The position numbers and the translations under genes were made by a program. DNA of 64,000 nucleotides from Mustelus asterias (lineage: Eukaryota), in assembly GCF_964213995.1 (NCBI RefSeq), contig NC_135822.1, positions 65,224,001 to 65,288,000 of the forward strand. The letters run 5' to 3'. Positions 1 to 13,426 of the stretch are shown piece by piece (the first letter of the stretch is position 1; the number at the start of each line of letters is the position of its first letter). The notes beneath the pieces are model-generated. The model searched no databases. It saw only the letters and a list, made by a program, of their open reading frames with translations, and had not been told where the DNA came from.

Positions 1-100
1 CCTCTTTGACCAAGCTTTTGGTCATCTGCACCAATATTGCTTTATCTGTCAATTTTTGCTTCATAATGTTTTGGGTTCAAGGCACCCACTAAATGCATTC
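1..100 (+). mobile_element. L2-type LINE 3' remnant
   Basis: cctctttgaccaagcttttggtcatctg; the reverse complement recurs near 61950-62020 and 55700-55750. Confidence 0.5.
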
Positions 101-324
101 CTTTGACAGGCTCAGCAAAAATAATTAAAGCTCAATGCCACTCTCTGATGGATTCTTCGAACACTGAGCGAAGGAAATGGAGATTAAACTACAAATCAAA
201 TCAACATTTGTCCCCTTGTTCCAACTGGTGTACAGTTTACATCCCTCTCTGGTGAGTGGGGGAGTTTTTTTCCATCTCATTTGTGGTGACATCATCTTTT
301 AAATAGTTTTAAAGTTTAGTTTTA

Positions 325-490
325 ACGTTCTTAAAGTTTAAAGTTTATTTATTAGAGTCACAAGTAAGCTTACATTAACAGTGCAATGAAGTCACTGTGA
401 AAACCCCCTAGTCGCCACACTCCGGCGCCTGTTCGGGTACACTGGGAGAATTTAGCATGGCCAATGCACCTATCCAGCACGTCTTTCAGA
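325..490 (-). mobile_element. V-SINE 3' fragment (same tail as 41084-41365)
   Basis: Reverse complement of the ...cccgaacaggcgccgga...cttgtgactaataaa-(aaacttt)n tail seen at 41266-41365. Confidence 0.75.
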
Positions 491-875
491 TTAGTCGTAT
501 TTGTAATTAAATAGTTTTTCCCTTACAGGTTACAAGATCACACGACAGGCTCGGATGATGGACGCCATTCTGATCCCACCTTTGCAGAATATCAGTCACA
601 CTGGTTTCCCAATCCAACATTAGGTCGGTAACAACCTCTACACGTGTAAGGAATTGGGGTCTGTTGTCTGTATTATGCAGTGACAGCCATGCTTTTAATA
701 GTGACAATGTTAGATGATAAGGGTAATCAACATGGTCTTGCACCGCTGCCGTTCAGTGTCAATTCCACTCAATTGCCTTCAGAATAGTGAGTTTGGAAGA
801 CATTTGGAGGGTCTTCTGCAATGCTCTTTTGGAGGGTCATTGATCACATAGATTAAAGGGCAACAATGTTTTTAC

Positions 876-931
876 CTGCTTGGTCACAGAATCGATGAGT
901 CGCACGTACAGGTCTTGTTCCGTCCGCATAC
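876..931 (-). CDS. EBF2: EBF2 coding exon 4
   Basis: 56 bp, gcgcag acceptor and gtaaaa donor; encodes (G)MRTEQDLYVRLIDSVTKQ. Exon 5 was not found in 1-875, so the gene continues beyond the window. Confidence 0.93.
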
Positions 932-1812
932 CTGCGCAAAAGCAACACGTTAGCCACAAGAAACCTTCTGTTTTTTTTCAATCACTTGCAACTGATTTGA
1001 CAGAAAACGGGTCGCAGATGTGGACGATCACAGAGGATATTGAATAATTCCAGACGTTTTAAGCTCTGTTCTCCTGTCGCGGAACCAGATCTTTCTGAAA
1101 TTGCTGCCGTACTTACTGTCACCAATTTATTCACTAGCCCCGCAGTCGTTCAGAATATAACTTTCCTATCCCATGCGGCAGATTATATGCTGTATAAGGT
1201 CTCATTCATTATGGATTTATAAAAGCAATGAAGTAACTAGTTTAAACTGACTACACGGTGCATGCAGCCTTTGGCAGAAAAAGGCAGCGGCTGTGAACAG
1301 AGGATCGTATTGACGAATGGCTCTGTTTTGCTCCAGTCCATTTCCAGGGTGGCCTCAATTTTGGATAGAAGTAAATTACAAACCCGTGAAGCTAACGGGG
1401 AATCGCCGCTAGTTTAATGGGTGGACAGCAGGTTGCTGGCTTTTTGAAACCCGCCTGTCCACATCAAGTCAACGGCTCGGTCCCGATTTTAACTCCGTGC
1501 AAAGTGGATGGGTTTACAACAAGTTTAAATTTCGCCCGACCGGTCACCGCATTTGACACCAATTGAAGGATTGGGGAGAATTTAAAATAGTTCAGCCTCA
1601 TAGTTTTAAAACTCGTTTAACTCAGTAACCAGTGAGATGTCAACTGGTTTGTGCCATTTGCTGCATTTTGTGTATTTATAATTGGGTGTAGTTTTGCGAA
1701 AGTGTAAGCAGTGTCCACCCCACCCCCCCAGACATTTTGCGGTGTCGCTGACTGGAAGAGACAGATGAACTCGTAGCCCCGGCTCATAGCGGGACATTCA
1801 GGACGGACTTAC

Positions 1813-1876
1813 CATTGCTGTAGAGTAGCTGCAGCTTGTAATGTGTCCCGTTGTTAGTTTTGTCGTTTCCCGGCTC
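1813..1876 (-). CDS. EBF2: EBF2 coding exon 3
   Basis: 64 bp, ttccag acceptor and gtaagt donor; encodes [21 protein letters not shown](G); [12 protein letters not shown] is the EBF2-type variant. Confidence 0.93.
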
Positions 1877-3120
1877 CTGGAAGAGAGATTTCGCACCATT
1901 CAGAGATTAATTTCTCCCTGACCTGTTATTTCTCGACGGCGGGCGCGGGGGGGGGGGGGGGGAGATCGTCGCCGTTACAAAGATAATGCGGGAGCAACTA
2001 GCTCCATTGGATTAATGTCCGAAAATCGACTTTAAGCCTCAGAGTTTAGTCCCCGAATGACTCCCGCCCCGGGAGGGGCTCTTGGAATCAACAGAGGACA
2101 TTCAAAGTCTCATTTCTGTAAGGCGCTGGTATTCATTTATTGAAAAAAAATGTATTCCATTAAAATTAGGTTTGAACTGACGCGAAATCGACCAAAACGA
2201 GCAGCGGTGGATTTCTACTGAAAGATGACATTAATTTATAGTTATAACTTTCAGAATGACAAAAGAGAATTTGATCTATTACACCGGATATATTCACAGC
2301 AAATGCCCAGAGCTGAGCATTGAAACTCTTACTTTTTATCAACCAATGTCAACAGGTCATGTTCTTTGCAAAATAAAACCTTCCATCAGATATCTCAGAA
2401 ACAAGACAGAATATCCTTGTTGACGCCAGCAGGTGAAAGATTATTTATAATTGCCCGACTTCACCTCCTTCATCTCCCCGACCGATTCTGGACGCTTCGT
2501 CCCCAGGTCAATCTCAAACTGGGTTTGAGTTGTGCAACGATCACTCCCCGCAGCTGAGTTTCCGCGAACCGGGTATATTCCCAGCCCGGGATTCACGCTC
2601 CATTCCCCCTGAAAGGCTGGCAAACAAGGAGCGGAGTCAGACTTTGTGATCTGAGGATTGCACAGTTGAAGACTGGTCGATAAGGTGTAAAATGCAGCCT
2701 TGTGGTGCTGCGGACGGGGTGGAGGGCTGACAGAAAGCTCCGACTGAACCATGGTCACCCGGAGGCAGTTGTTGCCGCTTCTAAACTTCGATTCAATGTT
2801 ATTTACTGAACACTTCTGAGTCTCCCGGCTTCATCGCAATTAAGCTTTGGGACGGTGAGGCTATGTTACTAAAATATCTGAAAGGTTTGGCACCTAAAAG
2901 GGACATTTATTGGACTGAAATGTTATGATTTAATCCAGGTTTTGGTGTGGGGTCAGTAAATCTGGAGTGTATCGGTGGTTTGTTTCAGGAGATTGAAAGG
3001 CGGAAGGTGTTTAGGCTGTCGGTCATTCAGCTCGCTTCTTAATTAAAAGCAAACTTCCTACACATAGTCACCATGATGGGCCAACACCAGTTATTGTTAT
3101 TTTTTTTGTCGCTCAGGTTA

Positions 3121-3456
<336 letters not shown>

Positions 3457-5252
3457 TCAGCTGGAAATATCCCTAAACCGCATGCCAACTTTATTTCAAG
3501 ATTCAAGGTGGGCCATTCTGTTCAACATCAGTGCAAAGGAGGGAAACAATGTGCGGGGCATTCGGCAACTTTGAAGAACTATAAAGACCATCGGATGAGC
3601 TAAAATAATAAATAGAGGTGACACAGAAACGAATGACAGCCCTGCCAGAATTTGGATTTCCAAATGATTCAATTGAGTTTGTGTGTCTTTGTGTTTCACG
3701 CACTGGTAACTTAATTATTTCAACTTTAAATACTTCCATTCTGGCGCTTTTATTCAGCACCGTTGGGTGAAGGCTGTTCTTTCGCAAATATAGAATTGCA
3801 GTCATTTTATGTGAAATAGTTGTTAGGTCGGAGGACAGGGAATCTACCTGCGCAACCGGCAAGTGTTTTGAAAAATAATAATGCTTAAGATATGACGAGG
3901 AGATAGATGGTCTTCATATTCGTAAGAGGCGCCTCTGGAAGAAGAGGGGGTGTCAGAAAAAAAGAACTTTTCTATCTAAAAATGCAGCTAGGCAACATAG
4001 TTAAATATAAGAATATTGGGATAAGAAATATCCAGTCAGAACATAATTGAGAGTCAGGCTGGAATGGAGAGGGTTATGGAGGGGAGATGGTGTGAGAATT
4101 TCGATAGCCCTGTTCATGGCTAAAAGCAGTCAGCAATTCTTTTGCGGTGACTTAAATTGGAGGAAACCTAGTCGCTCAGAGAACATTTGGCGAGTGGGGT
4201 AAATAATTCTACATCATTCTACAGACAGGACGGGCACCGATGGCTGACTTCCTGTTCTCTGTCTCGTGTGATTGGGTTTTATTAAGAGATTATTTTCATT
4301 TTTCAAAAAATTGAGTTCACGTGAGAAATGGAGCAGTTGGGGGAAAATGAGTGCAAGGATCCTGATTCAATCCCATTTCAAATTTTGGATTCTGAAGGTT
4401 AAAAAATCAAATTTTGACATGCCTTTTAAAATGTTAGTGAAGGTCTTAAGATTTTTGCATAATTTTCTTCATAAATAATAATGGATAACATTGTTGCTGT
4501 AAAGTGCGGGTGGTTGTTTCAGATTGAGTGTGGACATAATTATCTCTTCAGTGTAGACAGTTCATTTCAGGTTGTCAGTTGTACGACCGTCTCAGGTGTG
4601 TGTGTCCTTAAAATATTATCGATGGACTTTGATATGCTTAATTCCTGCTCTACACCCGGGAGGGGTGTTCACCAAACCTGAGCTAAAGATTCCAGCCCAA
4701 CGATTCTGAGAAAAAGATTGATTTGTCATTTCATATTTGCCTTTTGCCTTGGTCTTTCCTCGACTGTTCGGTAAACATTGACCGTCCCATTTTAACCCGT
4801 TATTTAACATATACTGGTACAATGTTTACATATCATTAGAAATCTCTCACAGTACAACTGGGGATGATGACAGCAGTACCACAGGGACAAATGGAAGTGC
4901 CGCTTTCTCGTTTCACAAAATTGATTTCTCCCCCACAACCGCCTCCCTCCCTCGACACCCCCCCCCCATCAACCCCCACCCCCCCCCCCCACCCCGCCCC
5001 CCTCCACACACACTCACACAGCCCGGTCCCTAAGCAACTTCTGGTCGGCTGAATTTAAAATGTCGAGACGGAAAGGAAATGAATTACTTTCGTTTTGCTT
5101 CTTGATTTGTGTTAACGGGACTCTGCCGTTTTTAAGCGCTGGGAAAGCGGGTGGGTGTGAGGTTGCAATGCGGTTGTCACGCTAGCCAAAGATTATGTCT
5201 ACTGATAAGCAGCCTGTCGTGTAGTTCTAGTTTAGTTTGTCCTTTACTGTAC

Positions 5253-5386
5253 CTCTGTGCCGCTACATTGGCGGCCACCACCCCAACGGTCCGGACCCAA
5301 GATCGAACAGCGTCCATTCCGCTCCCAGTCGATTTGTCCTTGATATCAGCCCCTCCTCTAGGTAAGTGCTCCTGAATCCCAAACAT
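5253..5386 (-). CDS. EBF2: EBF2 (COE family) coding exon 1
   Basis: ATG at 5386; encodes [44 protein letters not shown](S), close to the EBF2 N-terminus (RSWVR.VGVV.ANVAAQ); 134 bp, followed by a GT donor (gtacag) at 5252-5251. Confidence 0.9.
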
Positions 5387-6050
5387 TTAAGGTAAGAGTT
5401 AAGAATTAATACTTTTTTTAATCTAAAAAAAGGACGATTGCAGAATTCTTCAAGAGTAGAAAATCCCAGAACAGAAAGCGCAGCGTTTCTTTCACACTGT
5501 TCAAGTTTCACAGATTTGGTTAGAAGTTGTTCTAAAAAGATCTCCAATGCCACAGAGTTCGCTGAGGCGGTTAGCAGTGAAGTTTTTTTTAGAGATTTAT
5601 CCTCCTCTGGGTGCTGTCATCCTTCAAGCAGAAAACCATCGAGGAATCGATCACGGGCTAACAAGCTTCATCTGCCTGCCGAAGACGGGAGAGACATTGA
5701 TCCGCACACAAACACACACACACAAACAGTGAATGTCCTTAATCCAGGGCGGTGGAAATGCAGAGATGAGGGGCCTCGGAGTCTCTCACCGGCTCTGACA
5801 TCTATAGCTCCATTCCGCAATGTCCTGACTCTAATGAATGATTCCCTGTGCGGGAGGGCCGAAGCAGTAACTGACAGCTCCGAGGGCGTGTAGGAGGCGT
5901 TCCTGCTACATTTATGCTTTCTGAATCAGTGTTGGCCATTTTCAGATTGGATAAAGTATGTGATTTATGCACGCCTTTCTCCCAGCTGTCACCAATAGGA
6001 AGCGTATTATTACCATAATGTAGGGATGGAATGTGGAAAGTCAGTTAAAA
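5387..6050 (-). promoter_or_regulatory. EBF2 5'UTR / proximal promoter region
   Basis: Unique, repeat-free, CpG-containing sequence directly upstream of the ATG; TGATTTAT (5961-5968), CAGCTGTCAC (5983-5992), TGACAGCT (5872-5879), CCAAT-like boxes. The TSS cannot be fixed from sequence. Confidence 0.6.
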
Positions 6051-6169
6051 CAGTCTTAATCCAAAGATTCACGCAGATTGATCTAGTGTTTGTGGTGTTA
6101 TAATCCATTGTGTGCGCGTGTCTGTTGGGGAGGTCATGCACTCTCAATCCATCAATTCCATTCTCGTTC

Positions 6170-7290
6170 ATTACTTGTCTTTCTGTCTCAGTTCCTTCCT
6201 TTCAACCTCTATTCCTGTCACTTTGACTAGCCGTGTTACTGTGTCTGTCCCTGTCACTCTAGCTGCATTCATGTCTCCATCAGCAATACTGTCTCTGTCC
6301 CTTTCACTCTCTGCGTCCCTGTCACCCTTATCTGTGTCACTATTTCTCTTTCTCTTTTTCCTGTCGCTCTGTGTTACTTTCTCTGTCTCACTCCATGACT
6401 CCACCTCTATCTCTTGTCACTGTCTCTCTCTGTCTCTGTCACTCTATCTGTGTCACTGTCTGTCTCTGACCCTGTCACTTGTCTGTATAACTCTCTTTCT
6501 CTTCGTGTCACACATTCTCTCTCTCCCTGTCACTCTATCCGTGTCACTGCCTGTCTCTGATCCTGTCACTTATCTGTATAGCTCTCTCTCTGTTCCTGCC
6601 ACTCTCTCTCGTCACTCTACCTGTGTCACTGTGTCTCTATCCCTCTCAGTCCATCTGTGTCATTGTCTCTGCCTCTGTCTTTTGTTATTTCCTTCTGACT
6701 CTGTCACTCTGTGTCTATCTGTGTTATTCCCTATCTCTATCTCTGTTCCGGTCTGTGTTATACTCTCTCCCTGTCCTTCATTCTATCGGTGTCACTGTCT
6801 CTCTCTGTCACAGTCTGTGTTATGGTCTGACTCTCTCTCTCTCCCTCTGTGTGTGTTCCTGCTACTCTCTATCTCTCACACTCTTTGTCACTTTATCTGT
6901 GTCATTGTCCCTGGCTTCAGTTGTTTCCTCTGTCTTGTCCGTATCTATATGTATTACTTTTTCTCTTTCTGTCCGTCACTGTCTATCTGTTTCTCTTTCA
7001 CTGTCTGTCTCCCTCTCTGTGTGTGTGGCACTGTCTCTCTCCGTCATTGTCACTCTCCTTGTGTCACTGTCTTTAGTTGTTTTTATATTCGGATCTATCA
7101 TTGTCAATATCTTCCTTTCTGTTCCTACCCCGCCCAACGTATTATCACTGACCCTCTTTTCTGGCCACCGTCCCTTATTTTGTCTTTGTGACTGCCCCGT
7201 CTCTCTTTCTCTCTGCCTCTCACTCTCTTTCTGTTCCCGTCTCTGTCCTCTTTCGTTTCTGTCTCATTCAGTGACACTCACTCTCATGGT
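6170..7290. repeat. ~1.1-kb pyrimidine-rich degenerate microsatellite (TC/TG, recurring CTGTCACT-like units)
   Basis: Low-complexity tctctgtcactc-type repeats; source of spurious S/L/C-rich ORFs. Confidence 0.9.
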
Positions 7291-10200
7291 AGTTAGCACT
7301 GCATCCAGATTTATACTCGTCGATCTTTTCTTCCTCCTTCTCCTGGGGTAGCTTCTCCGTTGGGTTTAGTTGCTCTCAATCTTGTAATTCAATCCCCTTT
7401 TCACCGTGATGCCTCTCTGATTCTTTGATTGATTCGAAATCCATTAAGTTGAGGCGTGCAACACAAAACTTTGACCCGGTTGGGTTGTGAAAAACGACTT
7501 CAGTCTGACATTAAACTCCTTTCACCTCGCGCGGTATACTGACCCTCAGCTGTCACTGAACTACTCCAGAAAATCAAATGTAGTCTAAGAAAAACAATGT
7601 TAAGAATTATTTTCGAAGTTTCGATGAAAACAACCTCTGCCCAGAACATGTAAGAAACTATTGAGGGGACGTGATTATTCTAAATCCCTTTCCGCCCAAA
7701 ACACTAATTTTAATCTTTATTAATACATATTAAACATTATATTTCTCAGAGATCGGATCGACCATCTGATAATGTCATAGATTTAGGTTCAGTGATTACA
7801 GATAATTTATAGTCATTGAAAACAGCCAATAAATATCAGGGTCATGTTCTTCAGTATTGTTATGAACTTCTATGATAATATGGGACATGAATCATTGTGA
7901 CCTGTTGGAAAGTTATCAGTCAGACAATGAAGTTGACCAGTCTGATAAACATTTTATCGGAAAGCACTTTTCAGATATACGACCCTTCCGGTCGTTTTCT
8001 AAACATGTTGGGGACGAGAAACAAACCGGGGAGAAATTCTCCGCCTTCGAGAAGGGGGCTTGTTTCGATGTGTAATCGTTTCATGGTCCAGTTGGAGCAT
8101 TTAGCAAGCGGCCGGCTCAGTGTCTGTTTTCAATGTTAGGTTTGTTTCTCAAGGGAAGGAAGTAGGTTGGCAACAGCAGCAGAATCGTTAGTCAGGAGGC
8201 TCTGAGACCTCGGGGAGGGCATGGGCCGGGGCACGATGGAATTGAGTGAGAGGTGGTGGGCATGGGACGTGGATAATCCAAAAATTGAACCTGGGGATCT
8301 ACAGAGTTAGGATCAAGTAACCAGGGCACCAGTCCGTTTCCATCCAATGTATTTATTCTCCTCCCTCCCCAGGATGTATTCATTGCATCATGTTTTGAAG
8401 ACTGTTCGTCAACATTTGAATATAACTGTTGCACCGGGGAAGTGACTTTATTATCCACACTGTTTGTTGGGCCGTTTCTCTTGCTGTTCGCTTTTGAACA
8501 CGGAACGGTAGACGTTCACAGACAGGGGGACGCTTGGTATGCAAACAGATTTAGTGACAAACAATGAAACTCCGCTCACAGACCATCTGCCGGAGCGACC
8601 CTCAGCTGTCACCCAGATCCCTTAAAGGGGCAGATCCAGCTGATATTTTTTATCGGAAGTTAAACAAATTGGATACAAGAATACGGTTACCCTGGAATAG
8701 CACAGGGAACAACGAACGTCTTTTTAAAAAATATGTATCGGAAGATACACCTACAGTAAACGCCAGGGCGTTATCATCACCATATATTTAACTATAATTT
8801 TTCTTTAAGTTTCATTCATCTTTATGGAAACAAATTAATGATAATTCAGCTGTATAATAAATTAAATCGGGGAGACATAACAGAGAATCACCAAAAGTGT
8901 TTTATTTTGGCCTCCTGACTTACATATTATAATAGTCACTGGACAGACTTAAGGGTTTATCCGGTGCATTTTTTTTATTCATCTTCGTTTTCAACTCACA
9001 ATGTTCCCCGGTAAAACAGAGGAATGTCAAGGGCGAGATAATGGGCTCTCGGCCCGTTATTCTCCCTAAAGCCTAACACACAAACGTGGCGCCAATGATT
9101 TGGCTTTTTCACCTGGAGAATCATCACGAACACCTCACCTTATTTCAGTAAATAACATCAATGTTTGAAAGCTGCTTTTCAGCCATTTAAATTGTTGCCC
9201 TTTGTCCACCTCAGAGAACTGCGATTTTAATATTTTGTTTGGGGAAAATATAACGCAGCTCTTGTTATGAAAATGAATTTACCTGGCAGCGTAAAAATCG
9301 GAGAAGTATTTCGATTAACGAAAATAAACTCTGATTACCGGATTAAACGATGATTTTTTTTGGCACCGAAATATGTAATGTGTGATATTTGAAATCCTAA
9401 TCATTCCAGCTCCAATTACTCATCTAATGTCTTGATTTATTATAATTCGATGGTTTCGCTGAACGGTTCCGTGTTGCCTTGATTCAGATATTATTTTACA
9501 ATGGTTCCGTTGTGTCTGGCTGATGGAGACAATAATGTTTGTGAGAGCAAGCATTGGAGTGAAGTCCAATAACGGGACAGCTGCCGGCAAGCGGCGAATA
9601 ATCTGCTCGAAAGTAATCAGTTGAGTTTAGCCATTGTTTAAATAATAGTTAAAATGCCGCGATCTGAAGGCGGTTTTCAATTGGGATTTGTCTGTTTGGG
9701 CCGTGGGTGTGGAGAATGCTAATTGACGCCCTCTCCTCTCCATCCCCTTCCCGCCCGTATTGAAATCTTTCCGTTGCTGCATAGTGTGAGGCCCAAGGAC
9801 AATAGGAAGGCGTGTGCCAGAGCCCCAGGTCTAAAGGGAGCCGTCTGTCTGCGGGGCCACAGCCCGGGGACAGCGGACATTCAGCCGGGTCAGAACCCTG
9901 GCCGGGCCCAGCCAGCTGCCACGGGGAAACTGTGCAAAGACCTGGATAACAATGATCCAGACCAGATATTATATATCATTATAGTAAAGGTTCGAGATAT
10001 CGACTTTAAACAAATATCGCCGTCCTTTGAAACTTAGAAAATAGCCTCAACTTTTCCCACAGTATCTTAATATGATCGATATTTATATCACACATACTTA
10101 TCTTTTATATGCGCCTGTGTGCATGTCTTTCTTTACAAAACATGTTCCGACGCCATCACGCTGTTTTCTTACAACCTTTCAACCTTCCCCTTTTTATTCT

Positions 10201-12939
10201 AAATTCTGCAGACTTTGAAAACGCAAGCTTGCTGTTGACCCGTCAAGGCTTGATCTTAAGTTTTACTCGTTTCCCACAACTTTGGTGATGTTCTGCGCCG
10301 AAGGACTGGTCCTTCGGCCAGTCCTGTCAATTATCTATGACATGGGTGATTGAGGAATTAACATTATATCGCGTGTTTGATAACTGCACGGATATGCGGT
10401 GTGGCTTTATGTGGCACAGGATTAAGTGAAGTATCCAACAGTTTGCTGAAACGGATGATCATTAAATCTATCAGATCGAAATGCTCATTCAACATTGGAG
10501 ACAAGGAACCTGTCACACGACACATCGCGCGGACAGATGCGCAGATCATTAAAATGGATTAAACAGATACAAGTTTACACAAGTACCCGTGTCGCGCCCG
10601 ACAGTTGCTTGTGATTTTTCATTCAGTGTAGATTAACATGACAATAATGATTTTCACAATTGACACGGGGAGATATACCGCGCAGCGCCCCCCAGTCAGA
10701 CTGTGTGACACTCACTCAAAGAGTTTTAGTTTCTTTTTCCATTGACGGACTCGTCGATCTGTACCCCTCGCCCCACCACCTCCAACCCTCCCCACCCCCG
10801 CGCCGTAAAAAAAACCAAATGTAATGGTTAACGAATCTAACCTGATTTTTAAAATCTTAACTTGCATTAAGTCCGTTTCGTTTCTCGTGTCAACCCATCC
10901 TGGCCGTCCCGCAAGATTTCCAGACACTTTGCTGAGGCCGGTCCTGCCAGGTCTTGTGAAACCAAGAGGAGAAATTAAGGATACTCAAAATGGTAAAGAG
11001 CGTTATCCGATCGCACACAGGATCAACAATATTGTGTGAAACCGAAGCCTTGGTTTTTATACAGCATTTTTGGGCCACATTTTTGGACGGAATGAATCCT
11101 AAAGTACAATTATTCTAATCTGATAAAGTGTCCTGCTGATATTTTTTATTTTGTTCCGACAGTGGACTTGTATATAAAATGCACATTTTTTTGGAACCAA
11201 GGATTTACTTTAAGTTTCACATTACATGCGATGAACAGACGGTAGGCGGTGGTGGGTTTTTTTGGAGGGGAGGGGGGGATAAATAGATTGATTGAATTAT
11301 TCCTCCTCAATAATCGTTATGTATTTACATGCACTCTCACAATTAGCAGGCAGCAGTTTATATCCCATAAGAAACGCTGAATATTAAAACTGTGAGGGAT
11401 AATTGGACCTCCTGCTGTTCCTGATACGATTATGTCACAGCCTGGGGCGAAGTTTCATCACACACAGTTTTTGAACTCACTGCATCCATCGGTCCGATGG
11501 GGTATTTATTTATCCGGCGCGTATCAATTATTCGTAAAATATGTGCAGTGCTGGCTGCAAAGTTTTCAAAACGACCCCCCCCCCTCCACACACACACACA
11601 AGCGCGCACATCGCCCCCTCATCTTTGAGAAGGATATAGACGGCAAACATCCTGATCACAGTCCTTACAACCCACACTTACCCAAGTTCTCCTCCGTCCG
11701 GAGAAAAATCCCAGTTAATGTAATTAGCTGCGACCAATTTAACGCCATGCCCTCATTTTATATAAATAAAAGGCATTTATTTGCTCGTTCGATTTTTTTA
11801 AGGACGGGGGGTGGGGGGGGGGGTGTCCTGTGCGCTTTCTAGTTGTGAATTCAACCGAGGCTGTTATTAATTTTCTGTCTCACTGTATATACGCATTGGA
11901 ATAATTTTCCGGTTTGTTATGGTTCACGTTATCGATATCACTCACCGTTATTGACACTCCCTTTAAGATCCCTCTTCCCAAATTATTTTTGTCAATTTCG
12001 GGTACATTTCACTTCCCCCATCGCCCCCTCCATATACACCACCCACTCCCACTCCACCCCCCTCCCCTCCGCAATTTGAGTTGATTTCAATATTGACACC
12101 AGTCGCAATAAAACAAGTTTAACAGCTAAACTATCTATGAAATAGTAACACAACAGAACTCCGCTCCCGCCCCGAATACCGCTTTAATTATGAGATCAAG
12201 AAAGATTGAGACGGAATTTGAAACATTGAAGAAACACTAAAATTTCCTTGATAGAGACAGATACACGAATTCATTGATAGGCAGCCAGAAAGACACAAGA
12301 GAGTGGCTCATACATTAATAAATAGATACATAAGAATACACACCTGCAGCCCAGGCAGTATGTTGAGTTTTCTGAACTCAGTGCTCTGAAGTGCAGTGAT
12401 TTAGCGCCAGTCTTATGAGTGCATCCACTTCACTGACTTTTCCCGGCGCTTTTTGCAGGCAAGATTACACCATGGGTTAACTCTGCCCTCAAATCAAAGT
12501 CAACTCGCGTCTCGGCTCCTTTGTTCAGCAGATGTTGCACCTCCTGAAACCCACAGGAGGCGTTTGAAAATAGCACCGAGCTTACTGAGGACGAAGAGCG
12601 CCACGCCGTGGCAGTGATCTGTGTGTCCGTCTTCTTTTTTTTAAGCAGCTTCTCCCTCCCGTCAATCTTCTCTCTCCTGGTTTTGCATGGGATGCTTCTC
12701 GCCGTGTGTTGCCCTCAACCCAATGGGTGTTATTCTTCACATGCGAGCTTGGCCGGAGAGTTTCAGCAGCTCTTCCAGATTACTGCACGGCTCAGTGCTG
12801 TTCCCATATTGCAAGAGTTTTCTGATTGGCGTTTATTTTCAGAGTTCGCGCATGCAACTTAGAATTGCACGCAGAGGAACTTTGCCAGCCAGGCATGTAC
12901 CCCTGGCATTCACAGATGCTGCCTTTCATCAGGGAAGAG

Positions 12940-13035
12940 AGACTTGCACTTTCCAGCTCTTACACGACCTGGGTATGTCCCAAAGCGCTTGACAGCCAAA
13001 AATACTTCAAAAGCGTTGTCGCTTTTGTTGTCACA
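12940..13035 (-). mobile_element. Deu-SINE / L2-like 3' tail fragment
   Basis: acttgcact...gtcccaaagcgcttgacagccaa...; same tail as 54020-54120 and, reverse-complemented, 55500-55588. Confidence 0.6.
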
Positions 13036-13230
13036 AGAATACTGATAATTTTTCTTCACTGAATTAGGGATATTGAGGCATAGATCTGGCAAGCTTGCAG
13101 CACAGTAGACCATTCAGCCCATTGTGTTTATGCTGGCTCTTTGAAAGACCAATTGAACAATCCGAAACTACCCCAACTGAGATCGTGGTCAGCTGCCTCA
13201 GTAGAGACAGGAAACCAAATCTGATCAGGT

Positions 13231-13426
13231 ACCAAAAGAGAAAATGCTGGAAAATCTCAGCAGGTCTGGCAGCATCTGTAAGGAGAGAAAAGCTTTGACA
13301 AAGGGTCACCTGGACTCGAAACGTCAGCTCTTTTCTCTCCTTACAGATGCTGCCAGACCTGCTAAGATTTTCCACCATTTTCCCCTTTGGTTTCAGATTC
13401 CAGCATCCACAGTAATTTGCTTTTAT
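13231..13426 (+). mobile_element. Penelope-like non-autonomous insertion (family C), fold-back with central hammerhead-like motif
   Basis: Inverted arms 13231-13291 / 13331-13391 plus ~35-nt tail; centre agct-TTGACAA-agggtcacctggactc-GAAACGTC-agct; imperfect TSD atctga(ta)tcaggta at 13219 and 13425. Confidence 0.75.

Noticed and set aside
6112-7351. Long ORFs of 359 and 242 aa
   Set aside because: Translations of stop-poor TC/TG low-complexity DNA (S/L/C/V-rich); no domain or splice support.
8147-8156. EBF-like site TCTCAAGGGA suggesting autoregulation
   Set aside because: Single imperfect 10-mer, expected by chance without conservation data.
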